DNA from: Balamuthia mandrillaris
Lineage: Eukaryota
DNA: 64,000 nucleotides
NCBI GenBank assembly: GCA_031835245.2
Contig: JAVKOQ020000066.1
Location: 62,001-126,000 of the forward strand
Direction of reading: 5' to 3'
In this document: positions 54,592 through 64,000 of the stretch, piece by piece
Layout: each line of letters begins with the position of its first letter
How positions within the stretch are numbered: position 1 is the stretch's first letter
Program-made: the position numbers and the translations under genes
The notes under the pieces: model-generated
Databases searched by the model: none
What the model saw: the letters and a program-made list of their open reading frames with translations, nothing else
What the model was told of the DNA's origin: nothing

Positions 54592-55297
54592 TTAAAGATA
54601 GACGGGAGTGCGGCGAGCCTTTCGCATTCGCAGAGCGACCAACGCCATGCACACCACATTGGCCAACATGGTGGCGGCCAGGACCAGCCCTGCTATCAAA
54701 AAGTATTGGGCATAGCATTTATGGCCGTAGCAGTTGTCGCTGTTGGGCTCCGTGTGCTTGTCGTACAGGCTGCCCGACATTAAATCGAAGAGCAGTGGAC
54801 CAAAAGCCTGTTGATTGTTCCACCCCAGAAAGGTTCATAAGTTAGTCGTTAGCTCTTCCTTTTCAACTGTCTAGTGAAGCAAGAAAGTAAGGAAGCGGTA
54901 CCGGAGCCAACAGAATAACACCCCAAAGTTGCGGCTCGGATAAATGCTTGCCAGGAAACATGACCTCCGGGTCAGCAACGCCAGGGAGCATGCTCCACTG
55001 GCCACCATAGCCAAGACCGTTCAGACTGACGAACACGTAGAGCAGCTTCACATCATAGCTGATGAAGGCAGCTAAAAAGCTCTCCAACGTCAGGATGCCA
55101 GAAGAAACCAACAACAGAACAGTGCGCCACATGGCTGCCACGTTAGCTCGCTTCTGTTGTTGCTGCAAGGTGAGGTCCTCTATTTTGACTTTGTTGCGAG
55201 GGTCGAGCAGGTTGATGGAGGCCAGGAAAGAAAAGAGCAACCGGCCTACCAGCTTATTATTGCTGTAGTTAGTTTCATGCAATCCGCTAGAGAAGTT

Positions 55298-55339
<42 letters not shown>

Positions 55340-56257
55340 CGCGAATCTAACCTGTGCAGCAGAGAAAACAAGGATGATGCGAGAGGCATCAGAGTCCTCA
55401 CCGTGTACAGAAAGAGCGATGGAGCCAGCATTGTTGTAGAAGTTAACGGCCGTGCCGTAGTTCACGAACAAAGCGAAGAACATCAACCAGAAGAACGGAT
55501 CAACAACCAATGAACGAATAACGTTCCACAGGCTGCCAAAGACCTGGCGCGCTGAAGCTTTAGGCTTCTCGTGATGGGAGAGCTCTTCTTCCTCCTTAGC
55601 GTGCTTCTGCTTAGCAGCAAGGAGGGAAGTGTCTTCGTTGATGCTGTGGTAACCCTTCGACGGGGCCTCCCGCAGGAACGGAAAGTTGAGGAGGAAGCAA
55701 ACCGCGCTGGACACAGCCAGTGACAAGATGAAATACTCGAGCTTACTCTTTTTGTCGGCATCGATCTCGCCGTAGACGACCGCTCCGACCATGCCCGCCA
55801 CCGCGTAGATCACCATCAGCAGGCCGGAGAGCCGTTCCTTGTGTTCGGGGCGGTACCAGCTGCGCAGGATCATGAAGGAGGGCATGAAGAAGCTGGCCAC
55901 GCCGAGGCCGACCACCGCCCAAGCCATGGCCATTAGCGGAAGCAGAGAGGCACGAGCGTAGACCACGCAAACGTAGGCCACGGTGTAGCCCACGATCGGG
56001 AAGAAAGAAAAAACGATGGCCATTTTGCGAGCGCCGTAACGTTCGATGAGAATTCCGACGGGCCATTGCAAGGCCTCCGCTCCCACGTAGCAAATGGCAC
56101 CTATCAGGTTGATCTGTTTCTGGTTGTAATGCTCCACGTCCTTGAGGTCCGCCGCGAAGAGGGCAAAGGAGTAGAACAAGCCTCCCACGAAAGAACCCAG
56201 GCAGGTGGTGGCCAAGCAGAGCAGCTTCGCCAACAACTGACCGTTCACCCGCACCAT
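54592..56257 (-). CDS. MFS transporter, nodulin-like/Mch1-like (3 exons)
   Basis: YSFALFAADLK...YNQKQINLIG, GILIERYGAR, NFYNNAGSI, CYGHKCY; about 12 TM helices. Confidence 0.85.
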
Positions 56258-56539
56258 TGTTATTTTTGTGTTGCTAACTACTATCCCGGTGAGTGTCTCT
56301 GCCCTCCTCCTCCTCCTCCGCCTCCGCCTCCTCCTGCTTCCTGCTTCCTCCTCCCTGCTTCCTGCTTCCTGCTTCCTGTTTCCTGCTTCCGGTCGACCAC
56401 CCTAATTTTGAGGTACATATATATCCCATCCCTTAGATCTTCATGATCTTTGCGTCGCCTTCCCATTCCCCACCGCCAAAATTTTCTGGAGTTGGCCAAC
56501 CACCACCACCACGGCACCACCGAAGAAAGGAACAACAGC

Positions 56540-58354
56540 ATGGAGGAGGAGGAGGAGGAGGAGGCGGGACGAGACGCAAGCACACCACCGCCACCCCCAC
56601 CGCCCCCGCTTGCTCTGCCGCGGCAGCCACCCCTGGAGGAGGCTGGGCAAGGCACCACCATGGTTGGAGGAGGAGGAGGAGGAGGAGGGACCAGAGGAAG
56701 CGCAAAAGAAGAAGCAGCTCCCCGCGACACAAAGGAAAGCAAGAACGTTGCAGAGCAGACCTCCTCCAGTTATGCGCCCTTCCTTGAGGCCTACGGACAC
56801 CTCAACTGCAAGGTCATGATTCTACAGCCACAAGACTCTCTGGCCGTGCTGCTGCCTTGGGTGAAGGATCCCAAAAGCACGCTCATTGCTCTCGACTTTG
56901 ATCAAACGGTCACCCTGAAGACCAAGCATGGCCCTCAAAACGCTGTGCTGTCATTGCGTGGCGGCGAGGACACACGCGAGGCTTTGGAGGAGCTCAAGAG
57001 AAAAGGGGCTATGTTGGCGGTATTCACCGCCGCCTTCCCCACCAAAGAAGTGGTCAAGTCCATCAGCCAAGAGATGCGCGAGCTGGGCATCTCTCACCTA
57101 TTCGACGTGGCGCCACTGGACCCCGAACCCTTGTTCCAGTTGATAGAGGCTTGGGGACCCAACGACGCTCTTTCATTGCCGCAGCTCATGCGGAAGCTCA
57201 TGCTCTTGCTGGTCCTCTTGACGGAGCGTTATCCCAGGGACTTGCTGAGGATCGGCCACTCTACCACTCGCTTTGAGGAAGATGCCCTTTACTACAAGCT
57301 GGAACAGCCGACTACTTCTCATCTACCTTGTCTTGCCCAAGAGCAGCGTGATTGGAGCGCGGAACAGGAGCTCAAGGCTAACCATGAGCGACACCTGCTC
57401 TGCCCTGTGGCTTGCTGGCGTGAGTTTGCGGAGCGCACAAAGCACCTCCGTTCCGTCAACAACAACAACATCTTGGACCGTCTCTTTCTCAAGTTTGCTG
57501 AGGAAAGGCCGCTCATCAAAGCCCAACAGTTGCACGATGTTGCTGCTGCTGCGATGGGAGTGGATGTGCCTGCTGGTAGCAACAACAGAGAAGACGATGG
57601 CAGCGATAGCGGCACTATGGTGGAAGACCTTATGCGAGAGGAAGAACTACGGGACCTCATATTGGATGTATTGAAACAAAGTAAGCTTCCCAAGCGGTTG
57701 CACGCTGAGATATTAGAGGAAAAGGCGAGGCTGGAGGTGCTCCATAACGGTGTCAAGATCGCCAAAATGGGCAACCTCTTTGCCTGCCGCTACAACAAGC
57801 CCGAAGGACTGGGCCTCTTTTTGGACCAACACCATCGCAACGCTCCACGCCATACCCTTCACCACCGGCGCAAAACTTCAACCTCAACTTCCAATAGCTT
57901 TGACACTTGTAATATCACTCCCACAGAGATTGCAGCCACAAATTCAGAAGCAACTAACAATAGTGCTGGTGAAGAGCGGAAGCTAGAAGAAGAGGATAAA
58001 GAGAAGTATGACGAATCCTCAGATGCGGAAGAGGAGGAGTGGGGACCAATCAAGCAAATCATATTTGTGGACGATAACAGCGACAACGTCTTCAACATGT
58101 TCATGCACTTTGCCAACAAGGAAAGGGAAGAGCGGCAGCGCGAGGGTCAGGATAGCAGCCTTGATGACAGTAGTGCGCCAGGAAGCAGCTCGCTCAAGTG
58201 CCCCGCTGTACTCAGCTGTTGGTACCCACCACCTGTTGGCGGCAAGGAAGAATCGGTAGACCAAGACGTTAAGGCCTTGGTAAAGCTCCTTGCTGCCAAC
58301 TCTGCCTCTCCACCTTCCGATTCTACAGCAGATATCACCACTACCAGCAATTGA
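56540..58354 (+). CDS. HAD-superfamily phosphatase with inserted degenerate tyrosine-recombinase-like domain (single exon)
   Basis: HAD motif I IALDFDQTV, motif II VFTA, motif III YNKP, motif IV IIFVDDN; insert WGPNDALSLPQLMRKLMLLLVL...CPVACWREFAERT...LFL. Confidence 0.75.
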   Translation: MEEEEEEEAGRDASTPPPPPPPPLALPRQPPLEEAGQGTTMVGGGGGGGGTRGSAKEEAAPRDTKESKNVAEQTSSSYAPFLEAYGHLNCKVMILQPQDSLAVLLPWVKDPKSTLIALDFDQTVTLKTKHGPQNAVLSLRGGEDTREALEELKRKGAMLAVFTAAFPTKEVVKSISQEMRELGISHLFDVAPLDPEPLFQLIEAWGPNDALSLPQLMRKLMLLLVLLTERYPRDLLRIGHSTTRFEEDALYYKLEQPTTSHLPCLAQEQRDWSAEQELKANHERHLLCPVACWREFAERTKHLRSVNNNNILDRLFLKFAEERPLIKAQQLHDVAAAAMGVDVPAGSNNREDDGSDSGTMVEDLMREEELRDLILDVLKQSKLPKRLHAEILEEKARLEVLHNGVKIAKMGNLFACRYNKPEGLGLFLDQHHRNAPRHTLHHRRKTSTSTSNSFDTCNITPTEIAATNSEATNNSAGEERKLEEEDKEKYDESSDAEEEEWGPIKQIIFVDDNSDNVFNMFMHFANKEREERQREGQDSSLDDSSAPGSSSLKCPAVLSCWYPPPVGGKEESVDQDVKALVKLLAANSASPPSDSTADITTTSN

Positions 58355-58841
58355 AACTTTGGGCTATGCAGCAGCCTACGGAGCGGTAAGGCTATGGCAG
58401 TACTGCCAACTTTTAGCGGGGCATTTCGTGCTTGGTGGAAGTTTCCATTCAGCAAACACTCGAAAGCATCTCCCGCTACCAGTAAGGCAAGTCGTTCAAA
58501 CTCGGTTTTTTGTACTGCCGTCAAATAAAGCTTTGTTGTCGAAGGCACCCTGGGGTTAGCGCTATTCTTTGCTCTTCTCCGCGGTTCCTCCTCTTGCCCA
58601 ATAAGGACCGACGACGCTTCGTGGCGAAGAACGGCCCAAAATCTGTTTTGCTTTCCCGGTGCCAATACCCCCTCCTCTGGTCGCACTGCGGGGAACCACC
58701 AACTTCGCCCCGTCCTACCTATCCTCTGGTTAACTTTTGGCGCATGCTGCGGGACAGACGTCTGTCGTGAAGCCCTCAACTTTCAGACGGTTTCAGTGCC
58801 AGCCAGCGCAGAGCTTGCCTCAGAGAAAGATATGGTGGAAG

Positions 58842-61812
58842 ATGAGAAAGAACGCCACGAAAGCACCCGCCAAAACAAGCACTCTCAACCGGAGGCTTCT
58901 TGCAACAAACACAAGTGGTCCCTCCGACGGGACCCAACCGCCCAGCAAGAAACGAAGAGCGCAGAAAGACCCTGGTGCGCTTCCTCAGCTTTCACGCCCA
59001 TTCAAAGTGACTAACTTTGTTGAGTTCAGCAACATGTCTCAGTGGGATACAGGACGTGCAACCACCTTGCACCCGTAGACAGGCAGCTGCTCAAAGTGCT
59101 GCGAAGAGAACAACACAACTGACTATGTGCGAGGCAGCCCCACCCCCGCCCACAAAAAACAGCAAGAAAAATTTGCTCATGACCTGCAGACCTTCGTGTG
59201 GTACGTGTGTTCTCTTTCCCGATGGTTTCCCCGTTCACCATCACATCTGCTGCGCACAGTTGAAGAAGCGACGATAAAGTCGTCCTACTCCTCGCAAAAA
59301 GTGCCTTTTTCAGCCATCTCCCGAGACTCATACAACATACAGGCCTTCCGCCAGGATGGAGAGCGGCTGGAACACCACCACATCAAGGAGTGCGGAGGGG
59401 CCGCTCTTTGCCCTACCTCCAGCCAAGTTGCCAATCAGGTGGTCACCCCAGCATTTTTGGAAGAGCTGCAGGCGCTGATCACTGAGGCACGTGCCCCTCA
59501 CTTTCAAATGGTGATCGCGACAAGAGGAGAGAACATGTCGGTGTGATATTGGCCTTTGTTTACTCTTAAGCGGCAAACAAACAGAACAAAGATAAATGGA
59601 AGCCTGCTATGGCCTATATTATTCGCGTGTGGAATTCACAAAGGCTGAATGGCGAACATATGCATGGAGCACAAGTTCGTACTCGACTCTTTGATCGGCT
59701 CAATGAGCAAGAGTTACTTTCATCTCAGTAAGTGAAATGTTTGTGGTGTTTGTTTGTCAACTCTAACTATATCCCAACAAAACTATACAGAGATGCCGCG
59801 ACCCTTCCTAGACCTCCGGCGTTGTATACTAGCTTCCAGCAAAATGTTCAACCGGACCATGCCTTCAGTGTGTGTGGTTTTCCCAGTCAATGTGATGTAT
59901 GCAGCTTGTTAGGGGAGAATCGATTGCCAAGTTTTGGAGGATTGAAGTGCCTGTTGCCCTTTTTAGTGGTGGAAGCGAAATGGCAAGCAAACAAGGCAGA
60001 CATGTGGGTACCCCCTTGTTGTTCTATTCATTCATTCATTCATTCATTCATTTTTTTTTTTTTTTTTGCAACTCACATTGGCTGATGATTGTTTGGATTG
60101 TGTGTTTGTTCGATATGGGTGGCAGGAACAAGTTGCTGCTGGAAATGCTCACCATCCAACGATACAAGGAAATTCTGAGGCTCTTGGCTTTCGCAAGTGG
60201 TTTAGAGGCCTCCGCTTGGAAGATGGACATGTATAGCTTGGGCTTCTATTGGCGCAACGACTGTTTGGAACTGTGGACTATCTGCACCTGCTCCTCCACC
60301 CCCACAACCCTCAACACTTGCCCGATTTGCAGGGAGAACATTGGGCAACAACAACGGCTGACCCATTGCACGGAATGTGAGGCACCGTTTCATCAAGACT
60401 GTGTGCTGAACATGCTGAAAGAGGAAGAACCGAAGCACCCAAGTTGGTATTATGGAAACTGGTGCAAAGAAGATTGCTTTGAGAGGAAAAATAGAAACTA
60501 TCGGGCCAAACAGGAATTGGTGCTGCAGCTGCAAAACGAGAAGGAGCTGGAGATGGCCTTCGCCTTGGTGGAATGGTTGGCCAAGGAACGAATGAAAATG
60601 AGAACTTTTTTGCTGGATGTTTGGAAGGTACTCGGCCAACCCTTGTTTCCATTTGGTCACGAAGGAAAGAATGTCAACGGTGTGCAAGAACGTGAGGAGG
60701 CACAGAAGAGGGGCAAAAAGCACAAGAAACCAAAACACAATGCAGCAGCAGCAGAGGAGGAGTGGGTGGCGGTGGCGGAAATGAAGATCTTGTGCAAGGG
60801 CAGATGTGACAAACCGTTGTCCTTGGTGTCCATTCAGCAGCCCAACGGAACGCCTCTTCTCGCCGTTCACAAGGCATATCATCCCACGGAAGCAACAGCG
60901 TTGACGAAGGTGCGAGGCCATCACCATGTCGTCAAACTTATTCAAGCCAGCGATGAGGGGTTGTTGCTGGAGTACGTGGAGACGGGAAAGCGGGGCGACC
61001 GTTGGATTCCTTCGTCCATTGCGGAGCTGGTCAATGCCCTCTTCCAACTGACAATGGTACCTACTCTCCCTCCCTGCTTTTGACATGGAGTTCACGTATA
61101 TACATCTGGTTCCTTCACCTTTCAGGCGGTGGTGCATTGTCACAAGAATCACATCATTCATGCGGACATCAAACCGAGCAACGTGCTGGTGAAAAAGAGG
61201 AGCAACAGGGTGGTGTTGATTGACTTTAATTGTGCCATTATCTTTGAGGCAAAACCAATGGGTGTGGGACCAATTGAGAGCGGCACACGAGGCTGGGGTT
61301 CCCCTGAGTTTGAGGCCGGCAACAGCGAGGAATGTGGCATCACGGTGGATTCTTGGGGCATTGGCGTAATGGCCTTCTTTTGGGTCTCTTTTCTCTTTTC
61401 TCTTTTCTCTCTTGCCTTCTCCCTCTCTTCTCCCCTCGAGCGTTTGGCTTATCACCAATCTGGATGGAAAACAAACAGTTGACACAAGGAGGGCGCTTCA
61501 AGGATTCGAGTCAAGGGGTCAAAGCGTGGCTGCAACCAGATCCACAGCGGTTGTTGGATATCGCCACCAACAAAGAGCATCTGTCGTAAGCTTTTCTTCC
61601 ATCTCTGTGCCGCAGAAACAAGAAAATGACGCCCAAACCACCAAACAATCAAAACAACACGCAGGGACAAGTTGGTGAAAGAGAAAGGAGCAGCGGAGGT
61701 CTGGCGAGTTGCTCGCTTGTTGTTGGACCCTTCGCCCTACCGTCCAACCGCCGCAAAGATCTTGCAATCCTTTGCAGGCCTGAAGGAGAAGTTGCTGCCA
61801 CGCCTGCTGTGA
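58842..61812 (+). CDS. PD-(D/E)xK nuclease-like + PHD-like finger + protein kinase (about 9 exons; start codon uncertain)
   Basis: Hand splicing gives a continuous frame with QPDHAF...PFLVVEAK...NKLLLEM, CPIC..CTEC..FHQDC..WYYGNWCKEDC, HADIKPSN, IDFN, GTRGWGSPE, DSWGIG, LLDPSPYRPTAAKIL. Confidence 0.75.
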
Positions 61813-61999
61813 GTATGGGAAGGCGATTTGCAAAATCTTCAGACTATGCAAACGAGACGATGTTAACATTAAGGCAGCTACTGTATTCGTTGTTAGTTTG
61901 TCAATGAAGTACTTTAAATATGTTGTGTTTGCTTTGGATTGAAAACAGCATCTTGCAAATCGGCTCTTCATTCTTCTCTTTTCATGTGGTACACTCTTC

Positions 62000-62886
<887 letters not shown>

Positions 62887-63299
62887 TTTCTTTCACTTGG
62901 GTAAAAACCGTGTATCTGTGTCTTGAAAAGCGGGAAAATCTCTCGATCAGCTCACTAATTCTACTTCACCACCTTGGCGCTACACCTTCAACAAAGCGTC
63001 TTTTCTTCTATCACGTCCTCTCAGCTTTCTTCTTCGCCGCAGTTGCGCGCTAATTCCCTATTTTTGACCAAGCCAAAAAAATAACGCTAATTCCCTTTCC
63101 CCCCATGATTATTATCGATAATTATTATGCTCATTCATGATCGATGACATCACCCATCCGATCGTATGGCGATCAGCTCGAGGGGTCTTGTGTTTTTTTT
63201 TTTGCTGTGGAAAGAAAAATAAAATAAAAGAAACGAAATGAAAACAAAAATCTAGACATCCGCCTTTCTTTGAAAGCAAAAATGAAATGGTGCCCTTTT

Positions 63300-64000
63300 C
63301 GGCTAGCTTCCCCCTTTGTTCAAGTATCGGAAGTTGAGGGCCGGCTCTAAACTGTGCACATGAGAAATAGCAGCTGTGCAGGACAGCGACGTGTTAACCT
63401 CCGTTCGATCCTGTGGAGAGCAATAAGAGAAGAAGAGGTGAGGTCACACTTACCGGTAAAAGTGGTGAGACAATATCCAAATTGAGCTCTCTTCTCATCG
63501 TCCATTGCAAAGTTGTCCATGAAAGCAACAATCTGTCGGAGGTTGTTGGATGGTATTAACAAAGACTGTACCAATGCGTAAGCGAACAGAGGCAACACCG
63601 CATCAGCGCTAATGCTTGATAAGCCAGAGCGAAGCTTTGCTTCTTGATTGAGCAGCTGTACCACGCTGTGTATCGTGTCAAGCATATCCACCGGCACCTT
63701 TTGTTTTGTTTGTTTGTTTTTTTTGGTTTTTTGTGAAAAAGCGAGGATGGAGCAGCCATCATAGAAACGAACAGACAAAAAAAAATCCAATGCAAAATAC
63801 TAACCAAACCAAACAAAAGGGAGTCCAACTCGAATGCAGCAGCGCGATAGGGCTCCTGTTGCATAAAGTCGCCGCCGTTTGCGGATGATTCTTTGATTGG
63901 TTGGAGGTACTTAACGTTTGCGTCAACATAAACAATCTATTCTACAATAACAGAGACTAAACAGGATAACGAAGGAAGGAAGAAGATAAAAGAGCCCGAC
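63300..64000 (-). CDS. 3' part of a VPS9-domain (Rab5 GEF-like) gene; 5' end beyond window, 3' end approximate
   Basis: ISADAVLPLFAYALVQS...IVAFMDNF...FGYCLTTFT|AAISHV. Confidence 0.75.

Noticed and set aside
56540..58354. Active DIRS/Crypton transposon
   Set aside because: No RT/RNase H or terminal repeats, and the recombinase catalytic residues appear substituted
58147..58779. 210-aa minus-strand ORF
   Set aside because: Overlaps the HAD gene 3' end, non-ATG start, no recognisable domain; cannot be supported
60202..61485. 427-aa minus-strand ORF
   Set aside because: Antisense to the kinase exons, no recognisable motifs

Overview
Gene-dense, intron-rich eukaryotic nuclear DNA with about 23 protein-coding genes, short GT-AG introns and many intronic CT/GA/AAC microsatellites. 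Gene content (Nik1-type histidine kinase, Frizzled/Smoothened-like receptors, NELF-A) suggests a free-living amoebozoan; this is inference only. Most genes are housekeeping: MAD1, DBP9, PPIL2, NDUFA13, FIG4, SKI2, NFU1, PWP2, importin-11, prefoldin 2, a PX protein. The most unusual observations are: (1) an intronless HAD phosphatase with an apparently dead DIRS-type tyrosine-recombinase domain inserted in it; (2) next to it, a PD-(D/E)xK nuclease + PHD finger + protein kinase gene resembling Crinkler-type effectors; (3) a compact multi-helix candidate structured RNA beside a lone Pol III B-box; (4) a hybrid histidine kinase with about 15 HAMP repeat units and duplicated introns; (5) a phosphatase whose catalytic loop lies on a skippable 18-nt microexon; (6) a P450 resembling fungal GliC. 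All family calls come from motif recognition by eye, and gene models were spliced by hand.
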